The notes below the pieces were generated by a model. It was given only the letters and a program-made list of their open reading frames with translations, was not told the origin of the DNA and made no database searches. Source: Acaryochloris marina MBIC11017 (GTDB lineage: Bacteria > Cyanobacteriota > Cyanobacteriia > Thermosynechococcales > Thermosynechococcaceae). From it: 32,000 nt of DNA. The translations under genes and the position numbers were made by a program. Where the stretch lies: positions 4,800,001 through 4,832,000 of the forward strand of contig NC_009925.1 of the NCBI RefSeq assembly GCF_000018105.1. The letters are read 5' to 3'. Positions within the stretch are counted from its first letter, which is position 1, and each line of letters opens with the position of its first letter. This document shows, piece by piece, positions 18,076 through 26,884 of the stretch.

Positions 18076-18627
18076 CTATGGGTGCATGAGGTAAGATATC
18101 TGAATTGTTATATCTTGAAAGGCCATGGGTGATACGGTGCCAGTTTTCAGGATGTTTTCGGTATCATAGTGCCCATTCTGCAGACTTTTGAAGATATGGA
18201 GCTGTTTATCCTTTAAATTGACGACCCAATATTCCTGTATTCCGGATGCAGCATAGGTATTTTTCTTAGTGGTCAGGTCTTGGGTGAGGGTGGCGTCGGA
18301 AAATTCGATGAGCCAGTGGATGTCGCTGGGGTAGGGATGATGGTCTAGATAGACGGTGCCCAGGGGTTTAACGATGGCTAGGTCGGGGATGGGTTCTGAG
18401 TCGTCGCTGAGGATGATGGGGTGGGCTTCGCGGACTTTGGCTCGGCTGCCCAGCAGGTTACGCAGGTAGTCACCGACTTCGCTGTTGTAGTAGGCGTGGG
18501 GTTCACCCTCTGGGGGCATGATGATGATTTCTCCGCGTAGTAGTTCGACGGGCTGGTCGTCGAATACGCCAGCTTGGATGGCCTGGTGGTAGCGGTCTAT
18601 GGTCCATTTGTAGGTGGTGACGGTCAT
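18076..18627 (-). CDS. Uma2 family (DUF820) PD-(D/E)xK endonuclease
   Basis: 183 aa. Motifs ELLRGEIIIMPP, PDLAIV, LIEFSDATLTQDLTTKKNTYAASGIQEYWVVNL match the Uma2 pattern. Confidence 0.8.
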   Translation of the reverse strand: MTVTTYKWTIDRYHQAIQAGVFDDQPVELLRGEIIIMPPEGEPHAYYNSEVGDYLRNLLGSRAKVREAHPIILSDDSEPIPDLAIVKPLGTVYLDHHPYPSDIHWLIEFSDATLTQDLTTKKNTYAASGIQEYWVVNLKDKQLHIFKSLQNGHYDTENILKTGTVSPMAFQDITIQISYLMHP

Positions 18628-18693
18628 AGGGACCTAGCCTCAGACTGGGGAAAGGGCTGATGTATCAGTAGTTTTAGTATGGCAAATTTAAGT

Positions 18694-19976
18694 TCAGACT
18701 TTTATCTTGCCGGTTACAGCATGTGATATCAAAATTTCTCTAAATTCTTGAAGCTTATTGATTTGTTCTTCTGCTCTTACTTGAGCAGTTTCAAAACCAA
18801 GTAACCGATTATCTAGGAAATCTACAATTTGATTCTGCTCTTCTACAGGGGGACAAGCAGTATATAGAGCTCCAATGCGATCGACGTTTAAGTTTTCCTG
18901 AGTACTAACAATTGAGACTTCGTCTAGCCGAGTTTTCAGCACTCCAAACATGTAATAGAGAAAGTCTGCAGAAACTTCACCTGGATTTGGGAAAAAACCA
19001 ACGGCACTATCAGGAAAGCAAGCATTAAAACCTAAAATTGAAACCTCTCCAGTCTTTGCTCCGGTAATAACCATTACAACTGTGCCAGCAGGAAATTCTT
19101 TGCTAACTGCATATCCTCTGGCATTGAGAGTCTGTGAATATTTTGTGATTCTTCTCCCAGCTTGGGATATGTCACCAGTTTGAATGAATGGGTATTGTCC
19201 ACCATAGAACCTTGCATCGTTACGAGGTCTATGAGAAAACTTCCCTCTCAAGATTTGCGTAAGTCTTTTGACACTACACAATTTCCAATGATTAGGAACT
19301 TTTTCTAGTCCATGTATGCCGCGATCGCACATCGGCACATTGGGGTCTAGCCCTTTGGTGACGGCTTGATTGATGAGGATGGCTTTTTGTTCTTGTAGGA
19401 GTTCGATGAGGCGCTGTTTGGTTGCTATGGCATCATCAAGCTCAACAGTTTTCCGATCAAGAAACTCAACAATCCGGCGTTGCTCATCAATCGGAGGAAT
19501 CGTTAAAGGTAAATATTTAAAGTCTGTGTAGTCTAAGTTTTGGCGTAACCCAGACCCCATACCGTAATAGACCTTCAGCAAATCATATGCATGTAAGTAA
19601 ATCTTGGATCTATCTGCTTCGAAGGGGAAAGACATAAATAAGCAGATGTGATAATTCCATGGTCTTGAACTAATCCAATTCGAAGACTCGTTCGATCATT
19701 CTGTAAATCTGTTGCCCGAACAATAATGTCCCCTGGCTCAACAATCTGATAAGTCTCAAAGGATTCAGGTACTAAGCCATGTAGTTTTTCTTTGGGCTTA
19801 ATTACAATTTTTCCATAACTCAGGGATAAAACGGTTTTAACGTGATTACCGATATTTTTTACATTTTTGGGCCTCAGATAATTTCTTCCAAGCTCTACTC
19901 GCCAATGGTTTGGAACCTCATTAAGCCAGGAAACTTGACTATCTTGATAAGTTTCATGTTTTGGGAAAGTCAACAT
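18694..19976 (-). pseudogene. hsdS: type I R-M specificity subunit, disrupted by a frameshift near 19600-19630
   Basis: Two overlapping ORFs (19575..19976 and 18694..19635) together give an HsdS layout: TRD1, the central conserved helix PPIDEQRRIVEFLD, TRD2, and the C-terminal helix PPVEEQNQIVDFLD. The reading frame switches within TRD1. Confidence 0.7.
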
Positions 19977-20071
19977 CCTTTATACCTCCCCAAAACTCAC
20001 CAACCGCTTCAACAAGCCTTCCATCTTCTGCTCCAGCACCAAAATTTCCTCAACCACCGTTTCCCAAATCC

Positions 20072-20410
20072 TCAGCCCACCGCATAGCCAGACGCTTTCC
20101 GCATAAACGGTGAGTGCAGCCCCAACACAATATTCTGTTTAGGAATGCCCTGCTCCACCAGCCGTTCAGCCAAATTAATCTCCGTATTATTGCGCTGAAT
20201 CCAGACCTTATTGTCCTTAATATCAATGTGGACAATGGTGCCGTACACAAACTGCTTTTGCTCCCAGCCCACATCGATCAAAAGATAGTGATTATGCTCC
20301 GCATCAAACACTAGCTGAGACTCCACATCGCTATGGCTAGAGTGATCATAGCCGTGTAACTCCCTGAGCAAATCCTCAACTAAGCATCGATAGTCCTTTA
20401 ACTCAGCCAT
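20072..20410 (-). CDS. xisI: XisI family protein
   Basis: 112 aa. The pattern DAEHNHYLLIDVGWEQKQFVYGTIVHIDIKDNKVWIQRNNTE is typical of XisI. It overlaps the xisH stop by 13 bp. Confidence 0.8.
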   Translation of the reverse strand: MAELKDYRCLVEDLLRELHGYDHSSHSDVESQLVFDAEHNHYLLIDVGWEQKQFVYGTIVHIDIKDNKVWIQRNNTEINLAERLVEQGIPKQNIVLGLHSPFMRKASGYAVG

Positions 20411-20811
20411 TCTAAAATCACCTCCGTTTCAGGCTCATAAACAATCAGCCTAATTTGATATTTTTGAACCACCGACTTTGCCAACAAAGACTGAAAAAAC
20501 GTACTGTAAATCTCTTCAGGAACAGCTAGATATAGCAGACGATTAGGCTCTTTATTTTCCAATGCTACCTGGTAGTTAATAAATTGACCGATAGCCAAAT
20601 GAAAATCGAAAACCACCGAATCACTGGCAAAGGTTTTCACCTCGACGGCAATTTTTTCCTCACCTCGCTCTGCGGCCAAAATACGCTCCGCACCCAAATC
20701 AATATAGATCCGAGTATCGCCAAACTTTAGGCTTAGCGGATCGTCCGTCACCGTCCAGCCTGCACTTTCCAGACCACGCTTCACCGCATCATGAAAGATA
20801 TCTTTAGCCAT
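20398..20811 (-). CDS. xisH: XisH family protein
   Basis: The N-terminus MAKDIFHDAVKRGLESAGWTVTDDPL and the segment IAVEVKTF are typical of XisH. The start was chosen at the ATG at 20811, which overlaps the hsdM stop; the ORF is open to 20826. Confidence 0.8.
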   Translation of the reverse strand: MAKDIFHDAVKRGLESAGWTVTDDPLSLKFGDTRIYIDLGAERILAAERGEEKIAVEVKTFASDSVVFDFHLAIGQFINYQVALENKEPNRLLYLAVPEEIYSTFFQSLLAKSVVQKYQIRLIVYEPETEVILEWLS

Positions 20812-23227
20812 CGGTAGTCGCCCCAAAACTGACTAACCGCTTCAATAAGCCTTCCGTCTTCTTCTCCAGCTCTAAAATTTCCTCAACGACCGTCTCCAGC
20901 TTCCTCAACGGTTTGTGCTGATAAAAATACTTATTGAAATTAATCTCATAGCCAATCTTCGTACTATCCAACGCGATCCAAGCATCCTCAACATGGGGCC
21001 GCACCTCCGCCAAAAAATACCCATGGATCTGCGCCGTACCCCGCTCCAGTGCCTGCCCATAGTTCAACGGCACACTTTCCGTATCCCGCAGCTCACTATC
21101 CGTCTCATACTCAATCCACTGCCCCGCCGTTTCCCCAGGCCAGTACCCAAAGTCCGCCAGGTGCTCCTCCGTGGTGCCCAAATGCTCCAATAACTCCGCT
21201 AGCTTCTCACCCTTCAGCTTATGCACCTTTTTAATCACCCTGGCCGCCGCCTCATCCCGCCAACTCACCGCATTAAAAATTTGCCTCTTCTCACTAGCCG
21301 ACAGCTTGCTGTCCAACTGTCTGGCCAAAGTTTTGAGCGTATCATTCACCCGCTCAGCAAAATCATTAAAATCATGCCAAACCTCCTGCTCCACCGAGGC
21401 CATGAGCTGCTCCGCTACCTGCATCAAATCCCGCTGATTTTCCCAGGTCTTCGCTGTAAACAACGCCTTGCGATTCTTCGCCGTCAGGCTAATTTCTTCC
21501 TTTTCCAGGTATTCCTCAATTTTTTGCTTATGGTCCGTTAGGCTCGTGTAAATCTCATCACCCCACTCACCATAGGCCCACTCCATTACCTCCGCCAGGA
21601 CAGGCACATAGCGCAGCGTCGCCACCCGCTCCGGCGTAAACTGAGCTAACAGCCGCAGGGGCCGTTCCACAGTTACCTTGTAAAAGCCAAAATCCTGATT
21701 ATCAAACACCTTAGAGATGGGCGGCGGTGGCAGCTCCCTATCTTCACTAGGCGGCAACGTCGGCTGATGCACCCGATCTAAATACAGGTGAGTAATCTTC
21801 TCAATCTGCTCCGGTGCAAACTCACAGTTCTTCGCCCCCAGATTCTTCCGCAGCTTGCGATACAGCTCCGACCTATCAATCAGCTGCACCTTTCCCTGCC
21901 GTTCCGGTGCCTTATTATTCGACAGCACCCACACATAGGTGGAAATGCCGGTGTTGTAAAACATATTCTGAGGCAACTGGACGATCGCCTCCAGCCAGTC
22001 ATTTTCAATGATGTAGCGGCGAATATTGCTCTCCCCGCTACCCGCATCCCCTGTAAACAGCGAAGACCCATTGTGAACTGACGCAATTCTGGAACCTGCC
22101 GGACTCTGGTCCAGAGGCTTCATTTTGCTAACCATATCCATTAGAAACAGCAACTGCCCATCCGAAGAGCGGGGCGTTGCCTTCTCTAAACTTTCCTCAT
22201 CCCAAAAATCCTTCAGTGGTAACAAAAACCGCTCATCCAGGACATCCTTGCCATCTAGGATATGTTTTTGATCCGCTGCGTAGGACTTGCCATAGGGTGG
22301 ATTTTCCAGCATGAAATCAAACCGCATTCCGGCAAACTCATCCATCGCCAGCGTCGATCCCAGTTTGATGTTCTCAGGACTATTCCCCTTAATCATCATG
22401 TCCGACTTGCAAATGCCATAGGTCTCCGGGTTGACCTCCTTGCCATAGAGGTAGACCTGAGCATCTGATTTGATTCCCCCCTCCGGGTCGCTGATAAAGT
22501 TTTGGGACTCTGTCAACATCCCCCCTGAACCGCAGGCCCCGTCATAGATCAACATCACGGGCGGAAGCTGCTCCTTCACTGGCATAAACAGCAAGTGTGT
22601 CATCAGCTTGATCACCTCGCGGGGGGTGAAGTGCTCTCCAGCCTCCTCGTTATTTTCTTCGTTAAACTTACGGATCAGCTCCTCAAACACATAGCCCATC
22701 CCCAGATTGCTCAAACCCGCCAGCTTGCGTCCATCCGGATCTTCACCTTGAGTTGGGCTGAAATTGATATAGGGACTCGTAAACTTTTCCAAGACATCTA
22801 ACAGTACATCCGCCTGCACCATCCGTTTGATTTGGTCCCGCAGATAAAAACTGTCAATGATCTCTTTGACGTTCTCGCTAAATCCATCCAGATAGGCTTT
22901 AAAGTTGGCCTCTAAAATTTGGCGGTTATTGGACGCCGTTTCAACTAATCTTTTCAGCGTCCAATCTGAAGTGTTGTAGAACACATAGCCCGAGGCATCC
23001 TTTAACGCACCAGACTCTAGCTCGGTCAGCCCCACGGATTCCCGCTGAAACCGAACCTCTTCCATGACTGCATCCTTGGTCTCCTCCAGCAGACAATCTA
23101 ACCGCCGCAGCACAAACATCGGCAAGATGACATCGCGGTATTTTCCGCGAACGTAGACATCACGCAAGCAGTCATCTGCAATCGACCAAATGAATGAAAT
23201 CAGCTTGTTTTGTGATGCTGCATCCAT
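20804..23227 (-). CDS. hsdM: type I restriction-modification system methyltransferase subunit (long form, 807 aa)
   Basis: HsdM N-terminal domain (LISFIWSIADDCLRDVY), AdoMet motif YDGACGSGGML and catalytic NPPYG motif. The frame is intact throughout. Confidence 0.9.
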   Translation of the reverse strand: MDAASQNKLISFIWSIADDCLRDVYVRGKYRDVILPMFVLRRLDCLLEETKDAVMEEVRFQRESVGLTELESGALKDASGYVFYNTSDWTLKRLVETASNNRQILEANFKAYLDGFSENVKEIIDSFYLRDQIKRMVQADVLLDVLEKFTSPYINFSPTQGEDPDGRKLAGLSNLGMGYVFEELIRKFNEENNEEAGEHFTPREVIKLMTHLLFMPVKEQLPPVMLIYDGACGSGGMLTESQNFISDPEGGIKSDAQVYLYGKEVNPETYGICKSDMMIKGNSPENIKLGSTLAMDEFAGMRFDFMLENPPYGKSYAADQKHILDGKDVLDERFLLPLKDFWDEESLEKATPRSSDGQLLFLMDMVSKMKPLDQSPAGSRIASVHNGSSLFTGDAGSGESNIRRYIIENDWLEAIVQLPQNMFYNTGISTYVWVLSNNKAPERQGKVQLIDRSELYRKLRKNLGAKNCEFAPEQIEKITHLYLDRVHQPTLPPSEDRELPPPPISKVFDNQDFGFYKVTVERPLRLLAQFTPERVATLRYVPVLAEVMEWAYGEWGDEIYTSLTDHKQKIEEYLEKEEISLTAKNRKALFTAKTWENQRDLMQVAEQLMASVEQEVWHDFNDFAERVNDTLKTLARQLDSKLSASEKRQIFNAVSWRDEAAARVIKKVHKLKGEKLAELLEHLGTTEEHLADFGYWPGETAGQWIEYETDSELRDTESVPLNYGQALERGTAQIHGYFLAEVRPHVEDAWIALDSTKIGYEINFNKYFYQHKPLRKLETVVEEILELEKKTEGLLKRLVSFGATTDG

Positions 23228-23402
23228 CAGCTACCTCTGCTAAGTCAAGTCATACTCAAAGAACATCCTCCACTATGCCCCCTTTTGGACAATTTCATCC
23301 TAGATACTCATATTCTTTTGGTTATCCTGGTCAAAATTGACTCAGTAGTGTTCCCATTAGCCCTGCATATTTATGTAGCGATCTCACCTTGGCCTTGTCT
23401 AC

Positions 23403-23660
23403 TTGCCACAAGACCTGGTCCAATACATCAATAGTCCCTTCGCCTCTTGGATGGACCGCAATATTCTCGATCGTCCTGATAGCGCCCCATCCACAGAAAC
23501 CGGCGAAATGGCCTACGCCCTAGTCCAGCTCGATCAAAAACACAAACAGCAATTTCTTGAGTCCCTGCTTCTGCAGGACACCGACGTTTACATCATTGAT
23601 AATCGAGGGGTCTTTGATACCACCCAATCGGCTATACAAGCACGTCTCCCCCTTCATTAA
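23403..23660 (+). CDS. hypothetical protein, possibly a gene fragment
   Basis: 85-aa ORF with a TTG start, and the only ORF between hsdM and the transposon end. It faintly resembles the N-terminus of RecB-like nucleases (SPFASWMDR). Weak support. Confidence 0.25.
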   Translation: MPQDLVQYINSPFASWMDRNILDRPDSAPSTETGEMAYALVQLDQKHKQQFLESLLLQDTDVYIIDNRGVFDTTQSAIQARLPLH

Positions 23661-23727
23661 CCAGGCTGTACTCAAAAGGCTTCACCAAGCTGTAAGAAGA
23701 CGATAAAGCTCCTCTATGGAAAAGAAA

Positions 23728-23908
23728 CGACACTTAGCTACGCAAAGATCGATATTACGTAGCACAGAAATAACACTTAACGATGCAAATCCGCTCTGGA
23801 TATGGAATATGAGCCGAATGCCTAAGAGCTTTATCAAATGATAGAGACAAGCATGATTGCCTTGCGACAGTAATTTCTAACCTGCTTCATTTATCCGTGC
23901 AATGTACA
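23728..23908 (-). repeat. array-distal transposon end: terminal TGTACA plus TnsB-site-like repeats
   Basis: Read on the minus strand: TGTACA-TTGCACGGATAAATGAAG (23885-23908), TTGCATCGTTAAGTGTTA (23771-23788) and TTGCGTAGCTAAGTGTCG (23728-23745). This is the same motif family as the sites at 14801-15034, in inverted orientation. Confidence 0.6.
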
Positions 23909-24244
23909 AATTTTCCAGAATTAATGTCACAAAACTAGAAATGTGACTGGTCGCTAGGGAATGTATACGATATCGTTTTGTGCGAGGATAAAACACAGAA
24001 CTCTTCACCTTTTGGGCTTTCTAGGTATCTCAGGACCAGCCAGTCACGATGCTATATTAGTAATCTTTATGATTCTAGGTGGATAAAATAGAATTTTCTG
24101 GTTCGTTTCCCAGAAGTAGTGTTATGTAACGCCTCGCATCACTTGCTGACAAAGCGCGTAGCAGTTTGGCGGTCCGTGTGCGTGCGCTTGTTAGGCTGGG
24201 GGCAACCACTACTGCTCCTTTTTTCAACCAGTATTCCGACCGTG

Positions 24245-24619
24245 TTAGGTTTCGATCTCATGGCAGACCACTTCAATATTGTGTCCGTCGGGGTCAAGAA
24301 CATAGGCCGCATAGTACCGCCCACTGTACTGAGGACGTTGTCCAGGCGGTCCGTTGTCTTGCCCGCCTGCATTGAGGGCGGCTCGATAGAACGCGTCGGC
24401 CTGATGCCGACTCTCAGCTACAAATGCAATGTGTAGATGCGCGGGTGTCTCTTCCGTTTGGTACAGGCATAGGGAACTCATGCCGGTTGGTTGACTAAGC
24501 TCAGCACCATTTGGCGGCCAATCCGTAACTACAGTCACCCCAATTGGTTCGAGTGCCTTAAGGTAGAAGTTCCTGCTCAGCGCAAAGTCGCGAACGCCGA
24601 ACTTTATATGGTCAAACAC
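24245..24619 (-). CDS. VOC (glyoxalase/bleomycin-resistance/dioxygenase) family protein
   Basis: Contains FDHIKFGVRDFALSRNFY near the N-terminus and AAYVLDPDGHNIEVV at the C-terminus. A GTG start at 24619 sits 4 nt after GGGGGA and gives the usual ~124 aa. The ORF is open to the ATG at 24697. Confidence 0.7.
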   Translation of the reverse strand: MFDHIKFGVRDFALSRNFYLKALEPIGVTVVTDWPPNGAELSQPTGMSSLCLYQTEETPAHLHIAFVAESRHQADAFYRAALNAGGQDNGPPGQRPQYSGRYYAAYVLDPDGHNIEVVCHEIET

Positions 24620-24864
24620 AAGTCCCCCTGTTTTACTTCGTTGGGTCAGCGGTAGTGTTTTACATGGCCTAACTATGGTTAGACGACTGACTGACATATA
24701 CTCCTCTACACAGAATATTAGATGTCAAGTGTCGTGTAATGCTCTGATTTGGATAGATAAAGTGACACATTGGTAGTTATCACTTATCTATTCACTCACT
24801 AGAAATATCTATCTCAAGAACAACAGTGCCATCAATAAAATTTGTAGATTTGGCGCTGCAGATA

Positions 24865-25037
24865 AGAAATGACGCCTAATTCTGGAAAGCCCTAAAAGAA
24901 ATGACATGTAATTTTGGAAAGATAATCAGTTGAGAAAAAAGTTGAATTTCTCCGAAGTCTTCATCTGGTATATTCTTCAAGGATTTAGAGCTGCGACATT
25001 AATTCCGAAAAAGTGTCATTTAATTTTGGAGTGTATA
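24865..25037 (-). repeat. cluster of a second family of transposon-end-like repeats ending in TATACA
   Basis: Direct repeats AGAAATGACGCCTAATTCTGGAAAG (24865-24889), AGAAATGACATGTAATTTTGGAAAG (24897-24921), GCGACATTAATTCCGAAAAAG (24993-25013) and GTGTCATTTAATTTTGGAG (about 25013-25031), then TGTATA (25032-25037). An inverted copy AATTTTCCAGAATTAATGTCAC lies at 23909-23930, directly after a TGTACA. Confidence 0.4.
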
Positions 25038-25261
25038 ACTGTCATCATCCTAGGGCTTATATCGAACTGGCTGGCCTACTGCGCCCTTAGAAACGGAGGT
25101 ATGACGAGGGACGAAAGCCTTAGGGTTCTTGGTATGATGCGCGAAGAGACTGCCTCTGCTTTGACAGGGAAAGATCTAGAAACTACAAAAGAACTTATGT
25201 TTAGCTAGGCACCGAGTGTCCTATTCCTATAGGGGCCTGGGGTGTCCCCTTCACGACGTCA

Positions 25262-25813
25262 ATGAAAATTAGCCAGAAATATTACTTGATTGTCGATCTT
25301 GAAGCCACCTGTGCAGATGATAATTCCATTCCTCGCCGCAGAATGGAGATGATTGAGATTGGAGCTGTGCTTCTCAACTCACAAACTCTGCAGATAGAAA
25401 GTGAATACCAGACCTTCATAAAGCCCATTCTTCATCCTGTGCTGACTGAGTTTTGCAAATCTCTGACATCCATCTCTCAGCAGGATATTGAAAAGGCCCC
25501 ACTTTTCCCGGCGGCTCTAAAAGATTTTCAATCTTGGTTTTACCCCTGTGGGAGTTATCTGTTTTGCTCTTGGGGAGATTATGATCGGCATCAATTTGTG
25601 CAGGATTGCCAGATGCATGGCGTTGGCTATCCCTTTCCGGGGGATCATCTCAATTTAAAGCGAGCATTCTCTAGCGAGATCAACTCAAAAAAGAAGTTTG
25701 GTATGGCAGGCGCATTGACCGAATTAGGTCTAGAGCTTGAAGGGGTTCATCATCGGGGTATAGATGACGCTCGAAATATTGCCCGCATTGTTCAAACTGC
25801 TTTTTCTGAGTGA
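25262..25813 (+). CDS. DEDDh 3'-5' exonuclease (ERI-1/KapD-like)
   Basis: 183 aa. Exo motifs VDLEAT, WGDYD and HHRGIDDARN. Confidence 0.8.
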   Translation: MKISQKYYLIVDLEATCADDNSIPRRRMEMIEIGAVLLNSQTLQIESEYQTFIKPILHPVLTEFCKSLTSISQQDIEKAPLFPAALKDFQSWFYPCGSYLFCSWGDYDRHQFVQDCQMHGVGYPFPGDHLNLKRAFSSEINSKKKFGMAGALTELGLELEGVHHRGIDDARNIARIVQTAFSE

Positions 25814-25895
25814 GTCTCTAGAAAGTTCACAACAGGTGTTTCGCAATGAGTCCCCCTATTCAGAACAATATTGACCGAGCCGTGAGTCTAAGAAC

Positions 25896-26405
25896 ATGCT
25901 GTTTACCATTGTCGAGAGTTTCTCTCCTAGAGACGGCGATCGCTGGATCACTTACTGCCGATGGCGGGGATTAGCCTTTACCTGTTTTGATTCGATAGAT
26001 GGCATTCTCAGACCCAGCCTTTTTGATGCAACAGAGAAGGACGATTGGAACCATGTTGTTAATCAGGATTGCAAGACTCACCTAATAACGGATTACGACT
26101 ACGCTGTTCACAAGCAGAGTGAGATAGGGCAGGGAGATCTGGTGGGTTTGAGATTTAGCGAGCATGATCAAAGCGATCCACGATTTTTAAGATTTGATTT
26201 AATCGATGGCTATTGCGACATCTCCTTGCTCACCAATTGGGGAAATGATGTGGATAGTATCAACCGTTCCTTGTCCCCTAATGCGCTAGTACTGAGTTAT
26301 CAGACCGTTAAGGCTATCCAAAAGGAATTGTTGCAGACGAATGGTACGGATCCGCATGTTGAAGGATGTCAGATCGTGTCAATTTACCGACTCAACGAGA
26401 CTTAA
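25896..26405 (+). CDS. hypothetical protein
   Basis: 169-aa ORF, co-directional with the exonuclease and the RT. No recognisable motifs. Confidence 0.45.
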   Translation: MLFTIVESFSPRDGDRWITYCRWRGLAFTCFDSIDGILRPSLFDATEKDDWNHVVNQDCKTHLITDYDYAVHKQSEIGQGDLVGLRFSEHDQSDPRFLRFDLIDGYCDISLLTNWGNDVDSINRSLSPNALVLSYQTVKAIQKELLQTNGTDPHVEGCQIVSIYRLNET

Positions 26406-26600
26406 CGAGTCGATGGAATATCCCTTTTGGGTGGGTTTGGACCTCCAGTGGAAACGGACGATGTTGGCCGTTGTATCTATGACGGTCCCGAGCCACTTCC
26501 AATGTTCATAGAAAGCTTTAAGACTGCAAACCCAACTTTGATATTGGGCATTCTACGAAGAGAGTGTTATGATACACTAACAGTACAAAAGTACTATATA

Positions 26601-26830
26601 GCTCGGTCAGTTTAGGTTTACCCCTTGCAACCCGAATGGTGCATCGCCATTCATGTGATTAGTCTAAACGCGCATCACTGGCTTGCTCTTTACTGTGCGG
26701 GGCTTCGCCCTACCATCGCTGTTACGGTTTAGTTTCCATGAAACTAACGAGCGATGGTAGGGCGGCCCCGCTCGAGTTGAGCAATCCAGTCCGAAGAGGT
26801 TTACGAAGAGGCGCTGAACTGACCGGGTTT
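26601..26830 (+). ncRNA. retron-like msr/msd non-coding RNA
   Basis: Flanking inverted repeats CGGTCAGTT (26604-26612, followed by TAGG) and AACTGACCG (26817-26825) resemble a1/a2. Small hairpins GAATGG-n7-CCATTC and GTGAT-n14-ATCAC are present. A long imperfect hairpin at 26697-26771 has 7+15+8 bp: GCGGGGC..CGCCCTACCATCGCT..TTAGTTTC-CATG-GAAACTAA..AGCGATGGTAGGGCG.GCCCCGC. It ends 60 nt upstream of the RT start. Confidence 0.55.
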
Positions 26831-26884
26831 ATTTTTTTCTAAATAGACCGCTATTTATATCATCGAGTTCACCTTTCTGACTCC

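Larger units (their letters stand above)
14795..23908 (-). mobile_element. degenerate type V-K CRISPR-associated transposon (CAST) derivative lacking tnsB/tnsC/tniQ, inserted downstream of tRNA-Gly
   Basis: Bounded by the inverted 12-mers TGTACATTGCAC (14795-14806) and GTGCAATGTACA (23897-23908). Both ends carry repeated TTGCAYNGNTA(A)GTGTY-type motifs. The interior holds a homing crRNA, a CRISPR array, a tracr-like region, a cas12k remnant and R-M/TA cargo, all on the minus strand. No transposase ORF is present in any frame. Confidence 0.7.

Noticed and set aside
20915-22801. Many + strand ORFs (for example 20915..21193, 21221..21541, 21788..22081, 22262..22468, 22595..22801) and similar antisense ORFs inside purK, ycf46, the RT, the WGR gene and the kinase
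   Set aside because: All lie antisense or out of frame within long ORFs that carry clear family motifs. Their composition is low-complexity (Pro/Ser/Leu/Arg-rich), typical of shadow ORFs.
24930-25208. 92-aa + strand ORF
   Set aside because: It runs through the cluster of end-like repeats at 24993-25037, has a TTG-type start and has no family resemblance. Probably not coding.
26427-26615. 62-aa ORF upstream of the RT
   Set aside because: It has a non-ATG start in the track and no recognisable features. Its 3' end overlaps the a1 inverted repeat of the putative retron ncRNA. It is more likely promoter or leader sequence.
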